Notes: generated by a model from the sequence alone, not told the origin. DNA of 13,664 nucleotides from Gammaproteobacteria bacterium (GCA_050298595.1 JBNKUM010000119.1:1-13664), one strand, 5' to 3'; positions 1-8,990 are shown, numbered from the stretch's first letter. Made by a program: numbers and translations.

Positions 1-140
1 CCCTTCGGGCGAGACGGGAAACAGCCATCTGCTGCGTTGTCATCCTTGAAAAGGGCATGCCATTCCCTGCGGATGACGCCTTGCATATGACTATTTCCCG
101 TCTCGCTATAATCTACATACAGTTTAGGACAGTACACTAG
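1..140. mobile_element. MITE-like/structured repeat element, left end cut by window
   Basis: Nested inverted repeats: GCGAGACGGGAAACAGCCATCTGC (9-32) vs GCATATGACTATTTCCCGTCTCGC (83-106, 21/24 complementary), with inner GTCATCC/GGATGAC. Ends in GGACAGTACACTAG, a CTAG-ended terminus resembling non-autonomous IS-derived elements. Confidence 0.55.
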
Positions 141-214
141 ATACTCGCTCACCTGGATCGTTAGTGGCGATCCAGATTTTGCGATAGTCAAACTTTTCCA
201 GGGCCTGTTTCAAC

Positions 215-622
215 CTAACCACCAGAACCGCTAGGAACATTATCTATAACCAGAACATTATCCGTACCGATAAATTGAACAAGATCATAGGTGAAACCGG
301 TCAGTGTCAGTACGTTGTAGTCACCAATTATTATCTCTTCAAGAGCCTTGATTTCAGACATCCAGAATTTGGCAACGAAATTACCCCGGTCATCAGCTTT
401 CCAGGATTTAATTGGAACGCCGTTAAGATAAACCGTGTGGGCGTTGACGGTGGAATAGGCGATATCGGTGTGTACGGTGACCACATAGCCTTGACTACCT
501 ATATTGATCACATTGGGAGCAACGGTTATGCCGATCTCGTATCCGTAGGCGCTTATCATCACCAGAAAGAGCGCAATTCCGATTAGCATTTTTTTGAATA
601 GACTGTAATTTAAAGCTTTCAT
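215..622 (-). CDS. Small secreted hypothetical protein (135 aa)
   Basis: Start re-assigned to the ATG at 622 (MKALNYSLFKK), preceded by SD AGGAG. Basic N-terminus plus hydrophobic stretch ending SAYG suggests a signal peptide; the mature part is beta-rich. Confidence 0.75.
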   Translation of the reverse strand: MKALNYSLFKKMLIGIALFLVMISAYGYEIGITVAPNVINIGSQGYVVTVHTDIAYSTVNAHTVYLNGVPIKSWKADDRGNFVAKFWMSEIKALEEIIIGDYNVLTLTGFTYDLVQFIGTDNVLVIDNVPSGSGG

Positions 623-801
623 TGTCGTATCTCCTACGCAGAGTTTGCTTTCAGCGAAACCCGCATCATGCCTTAATGACTTATAAATCCCATGAGCATT
701 AACACCAGTGTATGCGGTTACTGTATAGATTCTAGGTTGGTTTGAGGGCACATAATATCAGTAGTAATGCCTATCGAGGGTCAGTCTAGCGGGCAGTCTT
801 T

Positions 802-820
802 TGTCATCCTTTGTCCTACA
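802..820. promoter_or_regulatory. Candidate response-regulator binding site, copy 1 (TGTCA-N5-TGTCCTACA)
   Basis: TGTCATCCTTTGTCCTACA is 14/19 identical to 2855-2873 and lies upstream of the 215-622 gene. Confidence 0.4.
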
Positions 821-851
821 GAACACTGTGTGCTGGCATATCAGATAGGGA

Positions 852-1484
852 TTAATCGATCAGCTTGTTGTGAAAGGCATATTGAGTGAGTTCTGCATTG
901 CTGTGCATGTCCATTTTTTTTAGCAGGCGGGCTCGGTGCGTACTGATAGTCTTGACGCTGAGACTCAGTTCCTTGCCGATTTCACTAACAGCTTTGCCAG
1001 AAGCAAGCATTAACATAATCTGGTATTCACGGTCAGACAGTGTTTCATGCGGAGCTTTGGAGCCGTCCCGCGACAGATCGAATGCAAGTCTCTCCGCCAG
1101 AGATGCACTCACATACTTGCCGCCTCGAGCAGCCTTGCGAATAGCAAACACCAGCTCCTCCGGTGCTCTTTCCTTGGTCAGGTATCCTGCAGCACCCTCT
1201 TTCAATGCACGGACGGCATACTGATCCTCTGGATAGATGCTGAGAATGAGAACGGGTAGATCTGGATAGTCATTTTTCAGGCGTCTTAGCGTGTCCATAC
1301 CGCCGCGACCAGGCATCGCAAGATCCAGCAATACAACGTCCCAGGATCTTTTTCGTAGCTGCTCAATTACCTCCTGTCCATTGGATGCCTCCCCTGTAAC
1401 AACCATGTCATCGGTTTCCATGAGGATCTGTTTCAAACCGCGACGCACAATAGCATGATCATCGGCGATTAGAATCTCAATCAC
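852..1484 (-). CDS. NarL/FixJ (UvrY/GacA-like) response regulator, REC + LuxR HTH
   Basis: ILIADDH, VVLLDLAMPG (phospho-Asp), GAAGYLTK, and C-terminal LSDRE...EIGKELSLSVKTISTHRARL. Confidence 0.95.
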   Translation of the reverse strand: MIEILIADDHAIVRRGLKQILMETDDMVVTGEASNGQEVIEQLRKRSWDVVLLDLAMPGRGGMDTLRRLKNDYPDLPVLILSIYPEDQYAVRALKEGAAGYLTKERAPEELVFAIRKAARGGKYVSASLAERLAFDLSRDGSKAPHETLSDREYQIMLMLASGKAVSEIGKELSLSVKTISTHRARLLKKMDMHSNAELTQYAFHNKLID

Positions 1485-1486
1485 TG

Positions 1487-2800
1487 TTAATTATCTCCCC
1501 CGCATTCGGCAAGCACGCTGACAGACACGGTCACACCACCATTTTGAGCCGAATCTATTTCAAGCTTTCCTCCCAGATCTCGTACGCGTTCCTGCATACC
1601 AATCAAACCGTATCTCTGACCCCTATTCACTGGAAGTTGCGCAAAACCCTTACCGTCGTCTTCAATGCGCATCTCGAACATTTCGTTACTATAACGCAAT
1701 AACACGGTAACACGAGACGCTTCTGCATGCTTGGTAATATTGGTTAGTGATTCCTGAAAGATACGAAACATGGCGATGGAAAGATCATCATTGAGCACTA
1801 TGTCATGCGGATTCGAGTTAACCACACAGGTTATGCCTGTGCGCTGGCTAAATTCTCCCGCCTGCCACTCAATGGCTGCCGACAGACCGAAATCATCCAG
1901 TATTCCAGGGCGCAGTTCCGAGCTTATACGATGTACGGCCCTGGCAGTATGGCTGACGAGCGTCTTCATGTCGTCGATCTTATCCGAAATCGATAAATCC
2001 CTTTCTGACAGGTGTCGTTTTAACCAGTGCACATCCATATTTAGCGCGGTCAATGACTGACCTAATTCATCATGAATCTCACGTGCAATTCGCCTTCGTT
2101 CCTGCTCGCGAATAACCTGCAAATGTGAAGTCAGTTTTCCCAGCCGCTCGTGTGATTCCATGAGCCTGGCTTCCCAGTTGCGCCGCTCGGAAATATCCTT
2201 GAAATCCTCCACGATACCGAGGATCTCACCATCCGGCGCACGGAATGGGGTTGCCGATACGATGCAGGGAACACGACTGCCATCAATGCGAATCTTCTCG
2301 ACATCATATTCAAGTCGTTGTTCGTGTTTCAGGATTCGTCTCAATGGGCAGCGTGACGTATCGCATAGCTCACCCTTGAAATGGGCATGGCATTTATGGC
2401 CAATAATTTTCGTCTTGTCCAGGCCGACGAGGGTAGCAAAAGTATCGTTGGCCATTATCACATTGAAATCACGATCCACGATGCGCATACCGTCGGCTGA
2501 AGTTTCAAAAATCTGCGACAACTCAAGGTTAGCAATTACCGCCTTATGCTCGGCAGTTTTCCAGCCGCGTAACATCCAATGGGAATAGAATCCGAAGGCG
2601 AAGAACATGACCATCACGATGAGTCGCATCCAGGTTTCGTGGGAGGTGGGGGTTAGTAAATGCTCGGTGAAATCCGATCCCTCAAAAAACACGATATGTA
2701 GGTAGGATTCTATAATCCAGTAAATGATACCCAGCAGGAAACCAGCCAGTATCAGACGCCGATCATCGTTGAAGTGCTTAAATTTTTGGTGTATGCCCAT
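1487..2800 (-). CDS. PAS-domain sensor histidine kinase (HisKA_3 / NarX-UhpB type)
   Basis: Two N-terminal TM segments, PAS/PAC, ERRRIAREIHDELGQ H-box, QESLTNITKHA N-box, DDGKGF and GLIGMQER boxes. Ends 2 nt before the regulator start. Confidence 0.95.
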   Translation of the reverse strand: MGIHQKFKHFNDDRRLILAGFLLGIIYWIIESYLHIVFFEGSDFTEHLLTPTSHETWMRLIVMVMFFAFGFYSHWMLRGWKTAEHKAVIANLELSQIFETSADGMRIVDRDFNVIMANDTFATLVGLDKTKIIGHKCHAHFKGELCDTSRCPLRRILKHEQRLEYDVEKIRIDGSRVPCIVSATPFRAPDGEILGIVEDFKDISERRNWEARLMESHERLGKLTSHLQVIREQERRRIAREIHDELGQSLTALNMDVHWLKRHLSERDLSISDKIDDMKTLVSHTARAVHRISSELRPGILDDFGLSAAIEWQAGEFSQRTGITCVVNSNPHDIVLNDDLSIAMFRIFQESLTNITKHAEASRVTVLLRYSNEMFEMRIEDDGKGFAQLPVNRGQRYGLIGMQERVRDLGGKLEIDSAQNGGVTVSVSVLAECGGDN

Positions 2801-2854
2801 GTCTCAGTGGAATAGTGAAGTTGCTTTTAATAAATTCCTGAATCCGCAGTTTCA

Positions 2855-2873
2855 TGTCAGGGGCTGTCCTACA
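2855..2873. promoter_or_regulatory. Candidate response-regulator binding site, copy 2
   Basis: TGTCAGGGGCTGTCCTACA (minus strand TGTAGG-N7-CTGACA, an imperfect palindrome), about 55 nt upstream of the kinase start. Confidence 0.4.
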
Positions 2874-3440
2874 ATTTCACATCTGGGTTTCATCAACTTT
2901 TACAGCCCGACTTTCCGTTGCATAGCTGCGCCCAAAATACCCCCTGGCTGCTCCAATGTATAGTGCCCACGGTAGGCTTTTGCCATCGTTGTATTTTCTC
3001 TCTACACCCTTCTTAGAATAATCGTTATGTGGTCGCGGTGCAGCCTGATATAAAGAGTGCGTATTGCAGCCATTGAGATATTTCATTCCTTTCGAAAAGA
3101 AATGGAGTGTAAAAATAGCTGACACTCAGTCAAGTAGTGATGTCACTAAATTTTACAAATATATAATGCCTGCAGATAATGGCCCTTTACAATGCTCTAT
3201 AAGATAGATAGATTCTGGATTCGGCATACAGAATGCTTTCTTCTTTGCAGGCTTCATTTACAAGCCCCTGAGAATTTTTTCAGTTCTCATCTCTAAGTAT
3301 TTCCAAAGAGTTTACATTTTAATCTCACGGAGGAAATAACCCCATGAAATCGATATTTAAAACCCTGTTATCTGCATATCATGCTTTAAATAACCTAACT
3401 CATAACTATCAATCGTCAATTTGTTTAAGGAGAAAATATC

Positions 3441-5663
3441 ATGGATATTTTTAAAGGAAGAGAAAAACTTGAAAAGACAAAATCTCAATTAGGCGACCAT
3501 GTCAGTATTATCAGGAACCGACTGACAAAAATTCCTGAGCGGGTGGTGGAAATTGACACCTATCCAGCAAGCTTGAAGCAAGGGGCAGTTCCGGTTTCCA
3601 GGGAAAATGTAGAGGTGACTTTTAAATCCTTCTTTCAGGAGCACAAGGCTGTCTTTGAAATTGAAGCCGATAACTTAAAACTGGCTTCTGCAAAGAAAAT
3701 CAATAAAAGATGGTATGTAAAATATGCACAGTATTACAAAGGCATTCCTGTTCACCACGCAATTGTAGGCTTAGATGCCTCAGAGCACGGCAAAGTAGGC
3801 TCATACGCCGCAAACTATTACCCAGATATCGATCAGCCGACTAAACCCGGCATAAGCCTGGATAAGGTATCAGTGTCCGCCATCAACACCTATGAAGAAA
3901 AAGATCGCAAAAAATTAAGGATGAAAGAAGGCGACCTGATCATTTACCCCGAAAAAATAGAGGATAAGATCACCTTTCATCTGGCCTGGAAGCTACAGAT
4001 CGTGGGGGAAGAACCCGACCCGGAAATCGAGAAATACTTTATTATTGATGCTATGAACGGACAGATTATCAGGGAATACACAGCCAGATTCCCCGATGCT
4101 CAGGTTACAGGCACTGTTCAATGCGAGGTCTATCCCACCAACCCGACTGACCCCATCAGCACCGTACCCCTTAAAAATCAATATGTGGAGATCGAGGACG
4201 AAGGGACCACGACCACAAACAGCGTCGGACACTATCAAAAAACTGTCAGCTGGTTTTGGCAGTTCTTGAACTGGCCGTTTGGGGAAGCCACCTTCACGCT
4301 CAATGGCCCCTATGCGCACGTGCAAAATAACGATGGCACAAATTACATTGAAACCAGGCACTGCAATATCAGCAGTCCGTGCAACCTGACATGGACTGAT
4401 ACAGATCGGGATCATATCAACCTCTTCTACCATCTGAACTTATTCCACGACTGGCTGGAAAACGAACTCGGGTACTCCTGGACCAATCCCTGGGATGGAA
4501 CAAGCCGCTTCAATGCCAGGGTCAACTATAACTTCAACAATGCCTATGCAGGCGATCCCATGGAGTTCGGAACCAATAATTATGTGAGAAGTAGTGATGT
4601 GATCTACCATGAATGTGGGCACAACGTGTTGTACGAAATCTATGGCGACTGGATTGGTTTTCCATCCACCCATATCGAAGCCTATGCCATGGACGAAGGC
4701 TTTGCTGACTATTTCGCATGCAGCTTCACTAACGACTCAAGGATGGGCGAAGGCTGTTTTGGAAGCCCCAGAAACCTGAATAATAATGACGCCTACCCCG
4801 GGAAAAACAGTTACAACATCGAGGGCCACTCTGGCGGTAAGATCATTGCAGGAGCCGCCTGGGAGCTCAGACAACGGCTAATCAACATCTATGGTGGCCC
4901 GGGGGCCAGAATTGCAGACCAACTGCTTTTGGAAGCACATCAGATTCTCTCGACTTACCCCAGAGACTATTACTTTTCAGATCCCCGCGAAAGCAACCTG
5001 CTGTCCGCCCTGTACAAAGCAGCCGACACCGATTATAACCTGCTTAATGGATTCCCTTACTTCAATGATATCCAGCATGCCTTCCACGCACACAGTCTCC
5101 TTCAGGCAGTACTTGACGATGGAGACAGTTTTGACTTTTCGACCAATACTCTAGGCAGATATACCGGAGGAGATCTCTACAACCACGAGGGTGAATTCTG
5201 GGCGAATAATCTCAACCAGCAAGGTGTCATAGACCTTGGGAATATCGGTGACCCTGATATGACCACGGTTAACCTCCCAACCAGCGGTTATACAAGATTT
5301 GGGGTCAATGCAGTTTCAGGCCACACCTACGTATCCAGGGCACAACAGGGAGAGTTGGACAGCTACATTGTATTTCGAGTGACCGACATTAACGCGAATA
5401 AGGTTACAGTCCGTTACTTCTATCGGTTCAGTCCCTGGTGGTACATCGCCAATTTGAATTCCAGGGAAATCCACAAACTGGATTGCCACTGGGTCTCTCA
5501 GATGGCCCCTGGGAATAAATCCTATTGCGAGAATTTACAGGAAGTCGCTGATTTAATCGAACACAGTGGATATAACGGCTGTCATTATTGCCTTCCTCGG
5601 TATGATACGGACACACTGGCACTGCCTACGGTTCTGGAGAATCTGCAGGAAGATTTAACCTGA
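3441..5663 (+). CDS. Zinc metallopeptidase, M36/M4 (fungalysin/thermolysin)-like, with FTP/PepSY-like propeptide and C-terminal Ada-like metal-binding domain
   Basis: YAQYYKGIPV (FTP-like), YFIIDAMNGQII (PepSY-like), HECGH (HEXXH), EGFADYF third ligand, GHSGGKIIAGAAWELR, and C-terminal H-x3-C...CxxC. SD AAGGAG upstream. Confidence 0.85.
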   Translation: MDIFKGREKLEKTKSQLGDHVSIIRNRLTKIPERVVEIDTYPASLKQGAVPVSRENVEVTFKSFFQEHKAVFEIEADNLKLASAKKINKRWYVKYAQYYKGIPVHHAIVGLDASEHGKVGSYAANYYPDIDQPTKPGISLDKVSVSAINTYEEKDRKKLRMKEGDLIIYPEKIEDKITFHLAWKLQIVGEEPDPEIEKYFIIDAMNGQIIREYTARFPDAQVTGTVQCEVYPTNPTDPISTVPLKNQYVEIEDEGTTTTNSVGHYQKTVSWFWQFLNWPFGEATFTLNGPYAHVQNNDGTNYIETRHCNISSPCNLTWTDTDRDHINLFYHLNLFHDWLENELGYSWTNPWDGTSRFNARVNYNFNNAYAGDPMEFGTNNYVRSSDVIYHECGHNVLYEIYGDWIGFPSTHIEAYAMDEGFADYFACSFTNDSRMGEGCFGSPRNLNNNDAYPGKNSYNIEGHSGGKIIAGAAWELRQRLINIYGGPGARIADQLLLEAHQILSTYPRDYYFSDPRESNLLSALYKAADTDYNLLNGFPYFNDIQHAFHAHSLLQAVLDDGDSFDFSTNTLGRYTGGDLYNHEGEFWANNLNQQGVIDLGNIGDPDMTTVNLPTSGYTRFGVNAVSGHTYVSRAQQGELDSYIVFRVTDINANKVTVRYFYRFSPWWYIANLNSREIHKLDCHWVSQMAPGNKSYCENLQEVADLIEHSGYNGCHYCLPRYDTDTLALPTVLENLQEDLT

Positions 5664-5688
5664 AAGACAGAACAGAAAAGCTAAACAC

Positions 5689-5728
5689 GCCGACGCGTCT
5701 TGCTAACCTGCAGACGCTGTCGGTTTAT
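5689..5728 (+). terminator. Possible terminator hairpin after the peptidase
   Basis: GCCGACGCGTCTTGC...GCAGACGCTGTCGGT forms a bulged stem followed by a short T-rich tract. Confidence 0.4.
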
Positions 5729-5856
5729 AGACACGACTTATTTTGACCATTAGTATTATTGGAGAATGGATAAACATGGACCCATATATTGAACATTGAT
5801 AGCAGCAAGCAAAAGTCGTAGTTTCTAAAATCTCATAAAATCACAAGGAGCGCATA

Positions 5857-6160
5857 ATGCCTAAATCCAGGAAGACTCAGGTTTCTATCGAAGCCATACC
5901 TTACTACCATTGAATTTCCATTTGATATTAATATCGATCCCAGACACCGGGTTTACCTCACTAAGGACTTCGAAAGCCCGTTTATATCACTGGTAGGTAG
6001 CGCGTATAAAATCAGACTAGCCTGTGAGCAAATGGAGATAAATTGGGTGCATGCTGTGAAGCGCTGTGCTGAAGTTTTTCCCGACAGACAACCCTTAACC
6101 TCCTCCAGTTTTTATAAATTCAATCTGATTCACCTGTTTGGTTTTCAGCATGGATACTGA
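5857..6160 (+). pseudogene. Internally deleted REP-associated tyrosine transposase (RAYT, Y1) remnant
   Basis: SD AAGGAG and ATG at 5857 give MPKSRKTQVSIEAIPYYH*IS, matching the typical RAYT N-terminus (...PYYHCISRCVR) with Cys changed to TGA. A second frame from 5921 gives NIDPRHRVYLTKDFESPFISLVGSAYKIRLACEQ, resembling the C-terminus of the same family. The catalytic core is absent. Recognised from memory. Confidence 0.7.
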
Positions 6161-6161
6161 T

Positions 6162-6245
6162 TTTTCGCGAATGCATGGACGCCTACTTGAACGTAGGTGG
6201 TAGAGCGAAGCAGAAGGTCAGAGCCGATGCATAGGAGCGTGAAAA
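6162..6245. repeat. Nested short palindromic (REP/MITE-like) unit
   Basis: Outer TTTTCGCG/CGTGAAAA, two ATGCAT copies (6171, 6227) and an internal CCTAC-TTGAAC-GTAGG hairpin. Confidence 0.35.
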
Positions 6246-6340
6246 GATAAATCGAGTTTAATGGTTTACGAAACAGTGGGTTACACTCTAATGCGAGCGG
6301 TCAACTGCGGAATCCAGGTTCAAACTAATCCTAAAGGAAT

Positions 6341-6389
6341 GCCATACATAAAAAAACCCACCGCAAGGGTGGGTTCTTTTATGTATGGC
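6341..6389 (-). terminator. Long terminator hairpin downstream of tRNA-Arg
   Basis: 22-bp stem (one G-U) GCCATACATAAAAAAACCCACC / GGTGGGTTCTTTTATGTATGGC, containing a U7 run on the minus strand. Confidence 0.8.
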
Positions 6390-6462
6390 GCGCCTGGAGA
6401 GATTCGAACTCCCGACCGCTCGGTTCGTAGCCGAGTACTCTATCCAGCTGAGCTACAGGCGC
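6386..6462 (-). tRNA. tRNA-Arg (anticodon ACG)
   Basis: GCGCCTG acceptor stem, D arm AGCTCAGCTGGATAGAGT, anticodon arm CTCGG-CTACGAA-CCGAG, GTTCGAATC T loop, encoded CCA; 77 nt. Confidence 0.98.
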
Positions 6463-6474
6463 CTGTTTTGAAGA

Positions 6475-6509
6475 GCCGAGATTCTACGGATTTTGTTACC
6501 CATTTACCA
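6475..6509 (-). promoter_or_regulatory. Putative tRNA promoter
   Basis: -10 TAGAAT (6486-6481) followed by GC-rich discriminator CTCGGC; weak -35 (TGGTAA) at 17 bp spacing. Confidence 0.5.
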
Positions 6510-6517
6510 GCCCTATT

Positions 6518-7591
6518 TTAACTTTTATTCAAGTATTCTCGCTGTCCATGGCATCCTGCATTACAAAACAGTTCATATGAGATGGTTTCGCTTAATTTTG
6601 CGATGTCTGAGGCAAGTGGATTGTCTCCCCATAAGATAACTTCATCGCCTGGTTTGACGTCCATTCCAGTCACATCAACGGTAATCATGTCCATCGATAC
6701 CCTTCCAACAATACTGACTTTTTGCCCATTGATCATCACATACCCATTCCTCAGATGGCGTGGATATCCATCAGCATAACCTGCTCCTACAACGGCTATC
6801 TGTTGATCGTCAGTACAGATATAAAGACCGCTATAACCGATTCGATCACCCCTTTTACGTAAATTTATAGCGACGATTTCAGAGGTGAAGGTCATTGCTG
6901 GTTTTAGCTGATCTGCATGCTGCTGGGTTAATAGCGGATCACTACCATATAGCGCGATACCTGCACGAACCCAGCGCCGTTGGCTTACTGGCCAGCCAAG
7001 AATTCCAGCAGAATTGGCGATTCCCCATTCATAGTCTTCCAGCCCCAGTTGACTCACCTGCTCGATCTGTTCAGCAGATGTCATATCAGCGGGATCGTCT
7101 GCGTTCGCCAGATGCGTCATCAGGCGGATTTCGTCCACTGCGGCATGTGCATTCAATTGATTGACGACCTGATCCATATGATGTGTTGAGAAACCTAAGC
7201 GGCCCATTCCTGAATTAAACTTTACCCAGATATCTATGGGCTTCTTTTCACTATGGGGTTGCAGCAGGTCTATCTGCCATAACTGATGGATGACAGGGTC
7301 AAGATTGTGTGAAAAGCATAATTCCATTTCAGTGGGGTTTATCGCTCCACCCAGAATAATGATCTTCTGTTTTATACCCGCATTTCTAAGCACCATGGCT
7401 TCAGGGACTGTCGCTACCGCAAAGGCATCCGCTTCGGGTAAAGCCTGAGCGACCTCAACTGAACCGTGGCCATAAGCATCTGCCTTGATGACCGCAATAA
7501 CCTTGCTGTCGATTGCTTTGTTTTTCAGGTATTGATAATTAAAGCGGATTGCATCTAAGTCAATAATGACTCTTGAATGTCGTGTATGCAT
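6518..7591 (-). CDS. alr: Alanine racemase
   Basis: AVIKADAYGHG PLP-lysine motif, SGMGRLG, GYADG, GRVSMD. Start taken as the ATG at 7591 (alternative 7606), not 7855, which overlaps dnaB. Confidence 0.96.
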   Translation of the reverse strand: MHTRHSRVIIDLDAIRFNYQYLKNKAIDSKVIAVIKADAYGHGSVEVAQALPEADAFAVATVPEAMVLRNAGIKQKIIILGGAINPTEMELCFSHNLDPVIHQLWQIDLLQPHSEKKPIDIWVKFNSGMGRLGFSTHHMDQVVNQLNAHAAVDEIRLMTHLANADDPADMTSAEQIEQVSQLGLEDYEWGIANSAGILGWPVSQRRWVRAGIALYGSDPLLTQQHADQLKPAMTFTSEIVAINLRKRGDRIGYSGLYICTDDQQIAVVGAGYADGYPRHLRNGYVMINGQKVSIVGRVSMDMITVDVTGMDVKPGDEVILWGDNPLASDIAKLSETISYELFCNAGCHGQREYLNKS

Positions 7592-7598
7592 TGTGAGA

Positions 7599-8990
7599 TC
7601 ACTCATCCAGGCCGTAGTCGTCGAAGGCCAGATTTTCAAAACGGGTAAATTGCCCCAGGAATGAAAGTCGTACGCCGCCAATAGGTCCATTACGTTGTTT
7701 ACGAATGAGTATTTCTGCAGTGCCTTTATCTGGACTATCCGGGTTATACACTTCGTCGCGATAGATAAACAGGATAACGTCTGCATCCTGCTCAATACCA
7801 CCAGATTCGCGCAGATCTGACATGACCGGGCGTTTATCGGGACGTTGTTCCACACTTCGATTTAACTGAGAGAGTGCAATAACAGGTACGTGGAGTTCTT
7901 TTGCTAGCGCCTTGAGTGAGCGCGAGATCTCTGATATTTCTGTGGCGCGGTTTTCGCTGCCACCTGAGATCTGCATGAGCTGAAGGTAGTCGATCACAAT
8001 CAGATCCAGTCCGTGCTCACGTTTCAAACGTCTGCATCGGGCGCGCAGTTCGGTGGGCGATAAGGCGGCTGAGTCATCAATAAACAGCTTGGCTTTGGAT
8101 AGCATGGCGACTGATGAGGTGAGTCGTGGCCAGTCATGATCATCCAGTTTACCGGTACGTAGATTATGCTGATTGATGCGCCCGAGCGATGACATCATAC
8201 GCATCGCTAGCTGTTCACCCGGCATCTCCATACTAAATACCGCAACCGAGTGTTCACCGCTCACCGCTGCATATTCAGCCATATTCATGGCAAAGGTGGT
8301 TTTCCCCATAGAGGGCCGTCCGGCAACAATGATAAGGTCTGATCGCTGTAGACCTGAGGTCATTTCATCGAACTTGCTGAAGCCGCTGCTGATACCGGTT
8401 ATTGCTTCGTCACTGCCAAATAGCTCTTCAACCTTTTTAACGGCCTTGGATAGCAGGCTTTTAATATCTTCGAAACCTTCATTTTCGCCTGCACTTTGCT
8501 CGGCGATCTGGAATACCAGACGCTCGGCTTCATCAACCAGTTCTTTACTGGTTCGGCCATCAGCGTTATAGGCTGCGCTGGTGATATCGTGGCCTACCTT
8601 GATCAGCTTGCGCAATACAGAGTACTCACGCACGATCTCGGCATAGGCTTTGACATTAACTGCGGTAGGCGTTTCATTCGCCAGTAGCCCGAGATAAGCC
8701 AACCCACCAATTGAGTCTAGCTCATTGCGGTTTTCCAGCCAGTCTTTGATGGTGACGACATCGTAGGGTTTATCGTCTTCGGAGAGTGCGGCAATAGCGC
8801 GGAAGATCAGTGCATGATCGTGTCGATAAAAATCCTTTTCATTCACCAGATCAGCGATTTTTTCCCAGGATTCATTATCCAGCATCAGCCCACCGAGTAC
8901 CGATTGCTCGGCTTCCATGGAATGAGGAGGGACCTTGAGGTCGTCTACTCGCTGACTTAATTCAGCGACTCGGGTGGCGATTTCAGACAC
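7599..8990 (-). CDS. dnaB: Replicative DNA helicase
   Basis: PPHSMEAEQSVLG, GRPSMGKT Walker A, IDYLQLM, SDLRESGGIEQDAD, KQRNGP. Confidence 0.99.
   Translation of the reverse strand: MSEIATRVAELSQRVDDLKVPPHSMEAEQSVLGGLMLDNESWEKIADLVNEKDFYRHDHALIFRAIAALSEDDKPYDVVTIKDWLENRNELDSIGGLAYLGLLANETPTAVNVKAYAEIVREYSVLRKLIKVGHDITSAAYNADGRTSKELVDEAERLVFQIAEQSAGENEGFEDIKSLLSKAVKKVEELFGSDEAITGISSGFSKFDEMTSGLQRSDLIIVAGRPSMGKTTFAMNMAEYAAVSGEHSVAVFSMEMPGEQLAMRMMSSLGRINQHNLRTGKLDDHDWPRLTSSVAMLSKAKLFIDDSAALSPTELRARCRRLKREHGLDLIVIDYLQLMQISGGSENRATEISEISRSLKALAKELHVPVIALSQLNRSVEQRPDKRPVMSDLRESGGIEQDADVILFIYRDEVYNPDSPDKGTAEILIRKQRNGPIGGVRLSFLGQFTRFENLAFDDYGLDE

Noticed and set aside
623-751. Longer 178-aa version of the secreted protein
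   Set aside because: The SD and signal peptide fit the ATG at 622.
2724-3125. Short ORFs 2724-2963 (+) and 2877-3125 (-)
   Set aside because: No motifs or convincing SD; they lie over the kinase start and the divergent promoter region.
5665-5735. Integron attC site after the peptidase
   Set aside because: A bulged hairpin is present but lacks properly placed RYYYAAC/GTTRRRY ends.
1-6385. Integrative element or prophage at tRNA-Arg
   Set aside because: No integrase and no duplicated tRNA 3' end (att) seen within the window; only a generic accessory region is supportable.
6261-6521. 86-aa plus-strand ORF
   Set aside because: Antisense shadow of tRNA-Arg and its terminator.
7592-7855. 88-aa N-terminal extension of Alr in the ORF track
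   Set aside because: It overlaps the dnaB 3' end in another frame; alanine racemase similarity starts near MHTRHSRVIIDL.
7599-8990. Intein in DnaB
   Set aside because: Normal length (463 aa) with contiguous motifs.
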